A stretch of DNA of 63,063 bases, counting the filler, from Octopus bimaculoides (taxonomy: Eukaryota), in the NCBI RefSeq assembly GCF_001194135.2. It is 9 parts of 9 records of this genome, joined end to end, with 100 filler letters (N's around TTAATTAATTAA, not from the genome) between each part and the next. Parts side by side here need not be neighbours in the genome. Positions count along the whole stretch, not along the records: positions 12,669 to 30,760 come from NC_068989.1; positions 30,861 to 40,046 come from NW_026405592.1; 7 more parts are not named here. One strand, 5' to 3'. The notes under the pieces were generated by a model. The model ran no database searches, was not told the DNA's origin, and worked only from the letters and a program-made list of their open reading frames with translations. Positions within the stretch are counted from its first letter, which is position 1; the number at the start of each line of letters is the position of its first letter. The translations under genes and the position numbers were made by a program. This document shows positions 25,268 through 37,429 of the stretch, one piece after another.

Positions 25268-25986
25268 AATGGCTGTGTGGTGAAGAAGCTTATTTTGCGA
25301 CCATATGTGTCCGGTTTCAATCCCACCACGCAGCATTTTGGCCAAGTCTGTTTACTAAAGCCCCGAAACGTGCGAGTGAACTTAGTTGAGGGGAAACTAG
25401 AAGCAAGTCGTATATATATCAATATATATATATATATATATATATANNNNNNNNNNNNNNNNNNNNNNNNNNNNNNNNNNNNNNNNNNNNNNNNNNNNNN
25501 NNNNNNNNNNNNNNNNNNNNNNNNNNNNNNNNNNNNNNNNNNNNNNNNNNNNNNNNNNNNNNNNNNNNNNNNNNNNNNNNNNNNNNNNNNNNNNNNNNNN
25601 NNNNNNNNNNNNNNNNNNNNNNNNNNNNNNNNNNNNNNNNNNNNNNNNNNNNNNNNNNNNNNNNNNNNNNNNNNNNNNNNNNNNNNNNNNNNNNNNNNNN
25701 NNNNNNNNNNNNNNNNNNNNNNNNNNNNNNNNNNNNNNNNNNNNNNNNNNNNNNNNNNNNNNNNNNNNNNNNNNNNNNNNNNNNNNNNNNNNNNNNNNNN
25801 NNNNNNNNNNNNNNNNNNNNNNNNNNNNNNNNNNNNNNNNNNNNNNNNNNNNNNNNNNNNNNNNNNNNNNNNNNNNNNNNNNNNNNNNNNNNNNNNNNNN
25901 NNNNNNNNNNNNNNNNNNNNNNNNNNNNNNNNNNNNNNNNNNNNNNNNNNNNNNNNNNNNNNNNNNNNNNNNNNNNNNNNNNNNNN

Positions 25987-26044
<58 letters not shown>

Positions 26045-26250
26045 TGTGTGTGTGTGTTTGTTTCCTCACTGCATAACAACCGATGCTCGTTTGTTTGTGA
26101 CCTCGTGATCTAGCTATTCAACATATAAAATATGAAAACCAATAGTATACGTATCAGGTTTAAGAAAATATAAGTATTGGGGCCGATTTGTTCGGCCAAA
26201 TCCTTCAAGTCCGTGTCCAGCATGGCTACAGCTTAAAAGGAAGAAGACAA
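25268..26250 (+). mobile_element. Old SINE family A with gap in its internal microsatellite
   Basis: Head at 25268-25420, (AT)n-gap-(GT)n, tail at 26050-26250. Confidence 0.6.
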
Positions 26251-26404
26251 CGATAAATACGACCTAGATACATATGACATAGATTCTCTCCCTTGAATAA
26301 GAAAAATTGATCGACGAATAAAAACAGATCCTTGTAAAAGTGAAGAGAGTCCCTAGCTATCATATAATAAGTATCAATATCGGGTTCTATCATATAAGAA
26401 CCCA

Positions 26405-26755
26405 TAACGGGTGGGATAAAAAGTTCATAGGTTGACTATGAAAGAGTGATACCACATGGTCAAAGGAGAATACTCTGCCAACTTGCTGAGGCAGTTATGA
26501 AAGGTTATCAGGACCAAACGCCCAGGAAAACTTATGAAAGGGGTCTTCTTTCATCAGCACAATGCTCCAGTACACAGGTCTTTGGTTCCAACGGCTGCTG
26601 TGCGTGACTGTGGCTTTAACTGGCTAGTTGTCCTCCTCATTCTCCTGATTTGGTCCCCATCTGATTATCGTCTGTTCCTCGCCATGAAAATAGACTTGGC
26701 GGGGAATCAATATCACAGTAATGATGACATCATATCAGCTGGAGTAAAGATTGTT
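26405..26755 (+). pseudogene. Mariner (DD34D-type) transposase C-terminal remnant with probable left TIR
   Basis: KRPGKLMKGVFFHQHNAPVHRS and, after a frameshift, PPHSPDLVPSDYRLF (YSPDLAP-like motif); TIR-like acgggtgggataaaaagttcatagg at about 26407. Confidence 0.85.
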
Positions 26756-27311
26756 TGCCAACATAAAATGGAAGTCCGTGTTGAGGACGAATGTTGTTGT
26801 AATTTAACCCCAGGAGACATCGTCTCCAGCTGGCTATACGACACGATCTGTGTCCTTACAGAATAATTATTCTGTCCTGATGAAAAGGAAGTAACCCGGA
26901 AATTGCAATACAAAGATATTGTTTTGAGCTGAGTGGGGGTGCTAGATTCCCTTGTTCGAAATTGTAAGGATAAAGATCGACAAAACCTTTGAAAAAGCCC
27001 CAGCATGGCCACAGTCTAATAACTGAAGCAAGGAAACGAAAACGATAGCAGATAATAGAATGATATTCATTATTTTATTACTCTCCGTAAAAAGGTATGT
27101 GTGTGTACGTATGTATTAACACATACAACAATATAGTATATATTTGTGTGTGTGTGTGTGTATATACGTATGTATACATACACATACACGTATTTGTATG
27201 TGCATATATATGCGTATATATATATATGCAAATATAGATATTGGCATTATGTATGCAGGTAGGTATATAATGGGCCATCACTATTTCCTTTTATAAAGGA
27301 GAGAACCTATT

Positions 27312-27365
<54 letters not shown>

Positions 27366-27423
27366 ACACGCACGCACGCACACACAGTCAAAATTATATA
27401 GAAATATAAACATACATAGATGC

Positions 27424-27505
<82 letters not shown>

Positions 27506-27859
27506 ATATTGATAATTATATTCCAATTAAAGAAACGTGTTTAATCAATTTCATATATATATCGTAATAATATTGGTAATAAAATTCTAATTGCATTTAT
27601 GCATTTCGATCTTAATTTATCTCTTCAAATTAATATTTAATTTTGATTTAATTTATATCTTTTATGAAAAGTAGACGTGTTCATTTTTTTAGATCAGGAA
27701 TGTGTTTATTTTTTTTTTTATCAGAATCAAAAGATTTTTTTTTAAGTGATATTCGATCAAAATCAGATAAGCGGTGGGAGTTAGAATAATAAAGAAATTT
27801 CTTTTGATGTATAATTATTATTTTTATTATTATTATTTTTTTTTTTGGTTAATCTTTTA

Positions 27860-28260
27860 CTTGCTTTAGTTATCGGTCGGCGGTCTTGCTGCAAAACCGC
27901 CTTGAAGAATTCTAGTCGTGTGAAACAAGCCCAGTATTTATTTTAAAATTTATTTTTAAGTCTAGTATTTATTCTATGGGAATCTTTGGCCAAACTTCTC
28001 TGTCATGGGGACGTAAGCAAAATTAACACCGGCTGTTAAACAATGGTGGGATATAAAAGCAAGACAAACACAGAGACACACACATACACAAACGCACACA
28101 CATACACAATCATACGACGGGCTTCTTTTAAGTTTCCGTCTACTAAATCCGCTCACAAGGCGTTGCTCTGCCCAGGACTATAGTAGAAGACATTTGCCAA
28201 GATGTCACACAGCAGGATTGAAAACGGAACGGTGCGAAGCAAAATTCTTACCACTCAGTG
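27860..28260 (-). mobile_element. SINE family A, diverged
   Basis: cgacgggcttcttttaagtttccgtctactaaatccgctcacaagg..ctatagtagaagacatttgccaag. Confidence 0.75.
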
Positions 28261-30718
28261 ACTCTTTAATACGCTCCGCTGATTTTTATATATCTTCAGC
28301 CTCTGTATATCGTTTTTGTTTACAGCCTATCAATTCTGTCCATTAACTTTAGATCTTCTGCTATAAATATTTACTTATTTTCCTTCCCCTTTTTCCCGTT
28401 TATTTTTTTTTGTGACAATAGTCTTACAGATATCTCTATGTTCCCCCATCACATTTTTGTGTTTGCACATATTTAGCTGATCTAGTTTATTTACTGAGTA
28501 CAACATTCGTGTCAACACTTACCCGCTCCTACCTTCCTTCCCATCTTGTTTATGCGTACGCCAATTCAACTGACCAATGTCTCTCTGTTAAGTTTAATCA
28601 AACAACGCTTACTCCCACGTCGTACAGCTTCCAGCGTTCGACGAAACTTCTCTCCCAGTAGCATGCATAGGGAGCGAGGGTTCGGTCAGCCCCAAGTGAC
28701 GCTTTTATGGTGTCAACATTTTCCTGTCTGTTGTATAAGCCTGTATAGGCAAAAGGATTGAAGCAAACTTTGAGTATGACTCAGATTCACAAACTCTAGT
28801 TGCGCCACTGACTCTCACTCATTTCATTTTCGCTTTCCCATCCTCTGTGATTAATACATCTTGGTGTTCAAATAAAAAGGGTAGTACTAGTATTTGGTTT
28901 TTATCTAAGACTGATTTGCCAGGAGTAATATTTCCAAAACGGTTTTGCCCGTTTTAGATTATAGAGTAAGCCATCAAGTGAACTTAAACGAACTCTTCAG
29001 TAATACGAATCTTGAATATAACTCAAGGGATACAAATTCTGCTGTTTTTGCAATATTACCATACGTTAGCAGACGATCCAATGTCGTCTTTTCATTGGCT
29101 CTTTTTGCATGACCATACATAGGCAGCCATATTTTCCCTAGCTCTGTCGACAGGACTAAATATGGACTATGCATTTAGAAGTATCGAGATTAATAAGGCC
29201 GGATGTTCGTCTGTGACATACGATAGAAACACGATAAAAACTCAAACCCGGCGTACGAAGACATGTCTTTGACTTTCACAAACGAATCAAACAAAAGAAA
29301 CGGAGTCAATGAAGGAAAACAACGAACAATGTGATATAATCACGTACACAAACATGCCTATGCATGCATACATACATACATACTTGTAGCTATTTTGCAT
29401 GCAAAGATCTAATATAAAACAAAATTCATATAGAAAAACCATATCTGAAATCAATCTATCTATCTACCTCTCTCTCCCTATCTATCTATACATACTTCTC
29501 TCTCTATATATCAACACATGCCTAAATATATACATACATACATACATACAGAGATGCGCACGCATGCTCACACACACACACACACATCTATATATGTATG
29601 CCATAGAGAATGCAATATGACACAAACGGAATTAAGAAAAACGTGATCGGCCTTGGCATTTAGAATAAGCATGAACCAAATATATCTGAACAACACCATG
29701 TATTTGCGATTCATAAAAACACACACAAAAAAAAATGGGACTAAATCAAAGATAAAAATGACACAACCTAGCTGAACAGATCTGACAAACATATTTATCT
29801 ATTCATAAAAAGAACGTAGTGACATGGATAATGTCAAAGTTGAAAGATTTTTAAAGCCTTTTTCTTTAAACACAAGGATTCATAGGATTCATACAGGTGA
29901 ATGCGTTACATATGTTCACTGTTTTTATATATCTGCTTTCATTTTACTTTCGATATGTTTATGAAAGACAAAACGCTCGTTCAGATTTTCCGTGTTTATT
30001 TCATGTTCCGAAGGCAAACGTGAGTGTTGTTCTTGCTGTTGTTTGATATCCATATTTATAAGCATAATCAATGATATTAAATAAATATTAAAAAAAAATT
30101 TTTCTCGAGCACTAAGATTACCAGGATGCCGTGGCATATATGTGATCGAGGTCACAACATTCCCCTGAATGGTTAACCGGTACGGGGCCAGGCCAGTTTA
30201 TTGTCTGGAGATAAAAGGACAGTCGTTGTCATGTATTTCTGGTTAAATATCCGTCATGATTTCTTTCAAATACTCTTTCTTCTATTTCTCTCCTGCCAAA
30301 TATTATGAAGAAATGATTATCTCTCTTTTGTTAGCTTTTCGCTGTCCGCTAGGGGACACCACAAGTTAGTCATGAAATATTTAAACTTTAGATTTGATAG
30401 GCGTTCTGTCAATAAGCTACACATACAATAGGTTGGTGGACTGAGCTGTGAGTGTAAATATCACTGGGAAATAAGCACGAGGCATGTAGTAAAACCTCAT
30501 AGTTCTTTGGGTAGACGTTTAATGTAGACGCGGTACGTTTATTAATAGATATTTATGTCGCATCAAGATGCTTGCTTTTGCTTTTCATAATGAAACATTT
30601 GCTGAAATTATATTGGAAGAATTTACTTCCACCCTTTCTACATAAAACATCCAAATACACACATGTATAGGTACACGCATGCACACACTATAAAACTACA
30701 AATACACACATGAGTATA

Positions 30719-30760
<42 letters not shown>

Positions 30761-30860
30761 NNNNNNNNNNNNNNNNNNNNNNNNNNNNNNNNNNNNNNNN
30801 NNNNTTAATTAATTAANNNNNNNNNNNNNNNNNNNNNNNNNNNNNNNNNNNNNNNNNNNN

Positions 30861-31255
30861 TGGTGTAGACAACAAATAGATGTATTAGTATAATGCTCGG
30901 GAATAGAGAATGTCTATAACGTTTCAGGCTTACGCTCTTCAACAGAAAGGAACACAGAAAGAAACAAGGAGAGAAAAAAATGTGTGTAGTGGTCAGCGAT
31001 CTATCATGGCAAATGCCGGAGAATTAAGAAGGGGAGATAACAAAATAGTAGCGATCCCAAAACGAAGGTGCGTGTGTGTGAGAATATGCTGGTGATCTTA
31101 ACGTATGCATGTGTGTATGTAGGTGTGAAGGTGTGAAAATGTGAGGATGGGAATTGGTCAGTGCTGGTTTTTGCGTGGTGGTGTGTTGTGATGTGATGTG
31201 TTGTGTGATATGGTGTAGTGTGGTGTGATGTGATGTAGCGTGGTGTGATGTGAAG
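30861..31255 (-). mobile_element. Penelope-like element 3' UTR/pLTR, family P1
   Basis: Reverse complement aligns with 49560-50010 (ccttcgttttgggatc.ctacta..., ttcctttctg..gaagagc..gaaacgt). Degenerate hammerhead at 30914-30949 (CTGTTGA). Confidence 0.75.
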
Positions 31256-31321
31256 GTATGTATATATATATATATATGTATGGATATAGATATATATATG
31301 TATGGATATATATATATATAT

Positions 31322-31480
31322 AGTTCAAAAACACAATAACAAAAAAACAAAAAAGTGAGGACGTGATATGGATAGTATTATTGGACGCTCAGGAAAGGAA
31401 AGAGAGAGTGTATGACGTTTCGGGCGTAGCCCTTCGTCGGAAAGATGGAAAGTTCGGAGAATGGAAGAACGGAGAAAGAG
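31322..31480 (-). mobile_element. PLE-like terminal fragment, family P2, with degenerate hammerhead (31410-31444)
   Basis: CCGACGA-A-GGGC tac GCCC-GAAA-CG-TC; second copy at 34546-34700; ends at (AT)n. Confidence 0.6.
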
Positions 31481-31717
31481 GAAATATATATATATGTATG
31501 TGTATAAATGTATATATGTTTGTATGTATGTATATGTATATATACATGTATGTATATATGTATATATATATTTGCATGTATATATCTATGTATATATATA
31601 TATATATAAATAAGGTTTAGATTTAGATTCAAAAATTGAATATGGTACTTATGTTTAGGCACCAGAATATAGTATGGTATGGTATTATATAAAAACCATT
31701 CCAAAAACTAGGTGATC

Positions 31718-31992
31718 AAAAAATCAAAATAAGCAACACGGATTTTAAAGATGGTTGCAGTACGCACGTTTCAAGATGGATTTCTATGTATTCTTCCTCC
31801 CACTTGGATTTGAAATGTTGCCACAATTATAATATGTCTATTCTACTGTAATTTTCTGCATTTTCGTGCAGCTGAAGATTGCTCTACATGTTGCATTTAA
31901 TGTAATGCTCGCATTACTTAAATAAATGGAGTAGCATGAAACGTGCGTACTGCAACCATCTTTAAAATCCGTGTTGCTTATTTTGATTTTTT
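31718..31992. repeat. Perfect 56-bp inverted repeat (31718-31773 / 31937-31992) with 163-nt spacer; PLE-type inverted terminus
   Basis: aaaaaatcaaaataagcaacacggattttaaagatggttgcagtacgcacgtttca and its exact reverse complement. Confidence 0.95.
31867..31954 (+). ncRNA. Type-I hammerhead ribozyme with long stem II
   Basis: TGCAG-CTGAAGA-t-TGCT..(GTAATGC tc GCATTAC)..AGCA-t-GAAA-CGTGCG-TA-CTGCA. Perfect 5-bp stem I, full core, predicted GUA cleavage after 31949. Confidence 0.75.
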
Positions 31993-32145
31993 TTATATAT
32001 ATATATGTATATATACACACACACATGCACACATATATATATGCATATATGTTGAATACATAAACATGAGAAATGGAAAACAGTACAAGTAATATGAAGA
32101 ACAAACCTTCATCAGTTGCTGGCTGTCCATCTACTCCTCATTTCG

Positions 32146-32190
<45 letters not shown>

Positions 32191-32357
32191 GTATGTATAT
32201 GTATGCATATATCTGTATACGTATATATGTCTGTATGTTTATATATATATGTATGTTTGTATGTGTACATATATATATGTATATATGCATGTGTATATAT
32301 GTGTATATATATATATATATATATGTATATGTGTATATATGTATGTATATATATATT

Positions 32358-32434
<77 letters not shown>

Positions 32435-34299
32435 CTAATATATAAAATCTGTTCTGTCTTTCTGTTTGTGCACTTATAACTCAAGTGTTCATCCGATCAT
32501 ACTGAAATTTTAAACATAGATAAATGAGAGAGCAGGGCGTTCTGTAATCTAAAAAGATTTTCAAAATTGTTAGTTTCAAAGTGTGAATCACTATTTTTGC
32601 AATCTTTTTATCCTGTTTGTTCCGCCATTAAAAGCAACCAGTTGCTTAGACAGCTGGCACATACCATTTCACTAGCAACAAGGCGTGTACTAGATGACAG
32701 TGAGCCAAAACTGTCGCAATGCTTTCCCTCTTCTTTCCTCTCTCTGTCTCTCTTATGATGTCCAATTCCACTTGAAGTTGCATATATATATATATATATT
32801 GTGTTAAGATTTGTTATCAATCAATTATCCTTATTGATAAGAAACAATCAAAAGTAACCACCACCTACAAACACCAAACATCTTCACTACTTAACACTGT
32901 TCTGTTTTGTGGTTAATAATCTTAATCTTTAGTTACAGTTTCTCATTCAAACTACATGATAGGCAGAATTGTTGGATTAAGACAGTAGGGTGTTTTGAGG
33001 GAGATTTGGCTGCTATTTCTACCAGGTCTCTCTCATTAGCTCATACATAAATGTATACATAGAATTGAAATAAAATACTTAAAGCAACAGTTGTCAAATA
33101 CAAAAGGCAAGGTCCATGCAGTATAATGGGCCAAATAAATTTCCAGCTTCTTGCCTAATGCGAGCCCAGAGCAATATCTTATCTCTTACACCATTTCAGT
33201 ATTACATCTGTATTGTAATGTGAGATAATATTTCAGTTTGAAAGAAGTCTGTCCTATATATATATATATTCCTTGTGCATTCCAAAACCGAGTTACAGAT
33301 TTTGACATATGGGGTATCAAAATATTCAGTACTATTTTGGCTACAAATTAAACTTAATTTCCATTCACATATTTGCATTTCAAAAATTTAACATTATGAT
33401 CTTTTCTATAAATCAACTATTGTAAACATTTTATATGATGATATCACATTTTCTATATGTGTGTGTACCTTAAAAGACATCAGTCATCATGACACACACC
33501 TTCACTCACTCACTTTATGTCTCTTTTTCACTCTCTTTCTCTCTCTCACGCACACACACACGCACACATGTGCGCACACACACATGCATCCATTTCATAT
33601 AGATGTACATACGTCCTTCACTTTCTCTCTCTTTTTCGCTTCCTCTCCTTTCAATTTCTGCTCTCTTCAAATAAATTTTTATGGAATGATTAGGCGAAAC
33701 ACAGAACAGATGTAATCTCTCCAGAAACAAATATAAAGCAAGGAGGATTGTAGAAAACTGAAGGCAAAAGTCTGAAGAGAGATGACATTTTCTCAAGATC
33801 AGCAAAGTACAGTTATAATACAGTTATAATGCATGTTGCAGCACTTAATGCTGGATCATTACATCAATGTTTTAATAATTTGACACAGATCCAGTAGAAT
33901 AGCTCTCAGAAACAACATGCTACGTACAAATTCGTTCTTCACAACTCCTGAAGCTTTTGAAGATATGATCCATCTCATTCTTATAAAAATGATAACTCTG
34001 TCCAAATTGGTGTGCTAAACACAAATTATCATTTCTGTAGAGCTTTAAAATTTTCAAATGAAAGAAATGGTATGTCCTGCTCAGACAGTCAGATAACATT
34101 GCTAGCACTACCAGCTCCTTCTCAAACTTTTATGGATTTTCTAGAAGGCAAATGGACGCATAGCATGTTGCTTAGTGGAATTAGTCCAGCATTTACTCCA
34201 CAAATGTTTTGTTGTCAATGCTGCGCTTTCCCATATCACCTGTTTCAACATAACTGTAATATTTAGAAATAATACATTTCTAAATCTCACAGAGAGTTT

Positions 34300-34529
34300 T
34301 ATGCAGTAGTGATACGATTAAGGAGATGTATGCTGTCAACTTAATGTGACATAAGGACACTGGAAATGTATCAAGGCCAACAGGAAGCGGTGCAGCTTCC
34401 TAGGTCTAACCAACAGTAGTATTATTCCCTTCAGGGTACTGTCATATTAAGTTGACAGCATACAACTACTTCATATTATATACAAACTATGCCATTTTAA
34501 TCCAGAGCAACGCCGGGTATCTCTGCTAG
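34300..34529 (+). mobile_element. Helitron-like 3' terminus with subterminal inverted repeat
   Basis: cagagcaacgccgggtatctctgCTAG|t matches the Helitron end at 39238-39267; 24-bp IR at 34328-34351 / 34440-34463. Confidence 0.6.
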
Positions 34530-34545
34530 TATATATATATATAAA

Positions 34546-34700
34546 AGTTAAAAAAACACAAAAAACAATAACAAAAAAACAACAAAGTGAGGACGTGATA
34601 CGGATAGTGTTATTGGACGCTCGGGAAAGGAAAGAGAGAGAGTATGACGTTCAAAGTTCAAAGAATGGAAAAACGGAGGAAGAGAAAATCGGCACCGATG
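34546..34700 (-). mobile_element. PLE-like terminal fragment P2 with hammerhead core deleted
   Basis: Aligns to 31325-31475 but lacks about 28 nt (tcgggcgtagcccttcgtcggaaagatgg). Confidence 0.65.
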
Positions 34701-34746
34701 CCCATGAGGTTACATTTGTGTGTGTGCATATATATGTATGTATATT

Positions 34747-34781
<35 letters not shown>

Positions 34782-35592
34782 GTATGTATATATATGTATA
34801 TATATGTATATATGTATGTATATATATGTATATATATATATATATGTATGTATATATATGTATATATATATATGTATATATATATATGTATGTATATATA
34901 TGTATATATATATGTATGTATATAGATATATACATGTATGTATGTNNNNNNNNNNNNNNNNNNNNNNNNNNNNNNNNNNNNNNNNNNNNNNNNNNNNNNN
35001 NNNNNNNNNNNNNNNNNNNNNNNNNNNNNNNNNNNNNNNNNNNNNNNNNNNNNNNNNNNNNNNNNNNNNNNNNNNNNNNNNNNNNNNNNNNNNNNNNNNN
35101 NNNNNNNNNNNNNNNNNNNNNNNNNNNNNNNNNNNNNNNNNNNNNNNNNNNNNNNNNNNNNNNNNNNNNNNNNNNNNNNNNNNNNNNNNNNNNNNNNNNN
35201 NNNNNNNNNNNNNNNNNNNNNNNNNNNNNNNNNNNNNNNNNNNNNNNNNNNNNNNNNNNNNNNNNNNNNNNNNNNNNNNNNNNNNNNNNNNNNNNNNNNN
35301 NNNNNNNNNNNNNNNNNNNNNNNNNNNNNNNNNNNNNNNNNNNNNNNNNNNNNNNNNNNNNNNNNNNNNNNNNNNNNNNNNNNNNNNNNNNNNNNNNNNN
35401 NNNNNNNNNNNNNNNNNNNNNNNNNNNNNNNNNNNNNNNNNNNNNNNNNNNNNNNNNNNNNNNNNNNNNNNNNNNNNNNNNNNNNNNNNNNNNNNNNNNN
35501 NNNNNNNNNNNNNNNNNNNNNNNNNNNNNNNNNNNNNNNNNNNNNNNNNNNNNNNNNNNNNNNNNNNNNNNNNNNNNNNNNNNNNNNNNNNN

Positions 35593-36396
35593 TATATATA
35601 TATATAAAGAATAATAATAAATGCAGCAAAACGCATATAATCAATAAGTTCCTTTAATTCCTACATATGTTTCAAAAGTTATGTGCACTCTACTCCAAAG
35701 AAGTGAGAGGTGCTTGAATATGCACATAAATTTATCATCAGGGAACCATCTTACAGATGCAAGACTGGCGCTAAATGCTAAGATTACGTACGAGTAATAA
35801 CACTATATAGCTAAGTTAAATGACCGTTAGAAACAAGAACGCTAGTTTACAGGGTGCTGTTGAGGGAGAGAGGCTATGAACGCTATACTAAGAGTTTAAA
35901 TTAAAAGAAGACATAATGAACTGCAGTAAAATTTAAAAATCTAAAAGTTAATAATAATGGTAACAAAAATCTTAGTAAAGTAGAAAGGGAGAGAATCCAA
36001 TGAATTCTTTATATACTACTCATTATGTAAACAAACGTATATAATGAAGGATGGATTGTAAATATAATTAATTAACCATAATACAGTATCATATTAAGAT
36101 ATGGTAATTAACCTAAATAAATGACAATACAAGGTACAGAACTATAAAGTGATGAAATAATAAAAATAAACATGCTTACAATAACAAAATCGATAGTTTG
36201 TACGTAAATATACAAGTATACTTAAAACTCTACGAACTTTTCTGAGATAAACTTGCTGAACTAACTAGAGAAGGAGAAAGAGTGTAAACAACTGTCATTG
36301 GAGTTAGATATAATTGTTATTTAAGATAATATTATAATGTTATTATTCTTGATGTTGTTATTATTATTATTATAATAAATATAAAAATAAATTTAT
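35593..36396 (-). mobile_element. PLE-like 3' region ending in (TA)n (extent uncertain)
   Basis: Contains a core-intact hammerhead about 50-60 nt from an (AT)n-abutting end, the same layout as the P1 copy at 49022-50045. Confidence 0.45.
35656..35747 (-). ncRNA. Type-I hammerhead ribozyme with long stem II
   Basis: GGTTCC-CTGATGA-taaa t TTATGTGCA..(CTCT c ACTTC ttt GGAGT AGAG)..TGCACATAA c tttt-GAAA-CATATG-TA-GGAATT. 6-bp stem I (2 GU), palindromic ACAUAUGU helix III. Confidence 0.75.
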
Positions 36397-37429
36397 NNNN
36401 NNNNNNNNNNNNNNNNNNNNNNNNNNNNNNNNNNNNNNNNNNNNNNNNNNNNNNNNNNNNNNNNNNNNNNNNNNNNNNNNNNNNNNNNNNNNNNNNNNNN
36501 NNNNNNNNNNNNNNNNNNNNNNNNNNNNNNNNNNNNNNNNNNNNNNNNNNNNNNNNNNNNNNNNNNNNNNNNNNNNNNNNNNNNNNNNNNNNNNNNNNNN
36601 NNNNNNNNNNNNNNNNNNNNNNNNNNNNNNNNNNNNNNNNNNNNNNNNNNNNNNNNNNNNNNNNNNNNNNNNNNNNNNNNNNNNNNNNNNNNNNNNNNNN
36701 NNNNNNNNNNNNNNNNNNNNNNNNNNNNNNNNNNNNNNNNNNNNNNNNNNNNNNNNNNNNNNNNNNNNNNNNNNNNNNNNNNNNNNNNNNNNNNNNNNNN
36801 NNNNNNNNNNNNNNNNNNNNNNNNNNNNNNNNNNNNNNNNNNNNNNNNNNNNNNNNNNNNNNNNNNNNNNNNNNNNNNNNNNNNNNNNNNNNNNNNNNNN
36901 NNNNNNNNNNNNNNNNNNNNNNNNNNNNNNNNNNNNNNNNNNNNNNNNNNNNNNNNNNNNNNNNNNNNNNNNNNNNNNNNNNNNNNNNNNNNNNNNNNNN
37001 NNNNNNNNNNNNNNNNNNNNNNNNNNNNNNNNNNNNNNNNNNNNNNNNNNNNNNNNNNNNNNNNNNNNNNNNNNNNNNNNNNNNNNNNNNNNNNNNNNNN
37101 NNNNNNNNNNNNNNNNNNNNNNNNNNNNNNNNNNNNNNNNNNNNNNNNNNNNNNNNNNNNNNNNNNNNNNNNNNNNNNNNNNNNNNNNNNNNNNNNNNNN
37201 NNNNNNNNNNNNNNNNNNNNNNNNNNNNNNNNNNNNNNNNNNNNNNNNNNNNNNNNNNNNNNNNNNNNNNNNNNNNATATTAGGAAGCCAGGGTAGTTGA
37301 TTCCATGCAAAAAATCCAATTTTTTTTCTTAGTGAAAATCACACGAGTGTTAATCTAAAAATTTACTAACCTTTTTCCATTCATTTCTGTTTATGAAATT
37401 CTCTGTACGTAATTTTTCTTTCTCAGTGG

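Noticed and set aside
26865-26915. CTGATGA-aaaggaagtaacccg-GAAA-TTGCAA-TA hammerhead candidate
   Set aside because: Palindromic helix III is present but stem I is out of register and stem II is weak. Counted only as a weak remnant, not annotated.
28974-29174. ORF with MYGHAKR (RTE-like WYGHV.R)
   Set aside because: A single weak motif with no flanking support.
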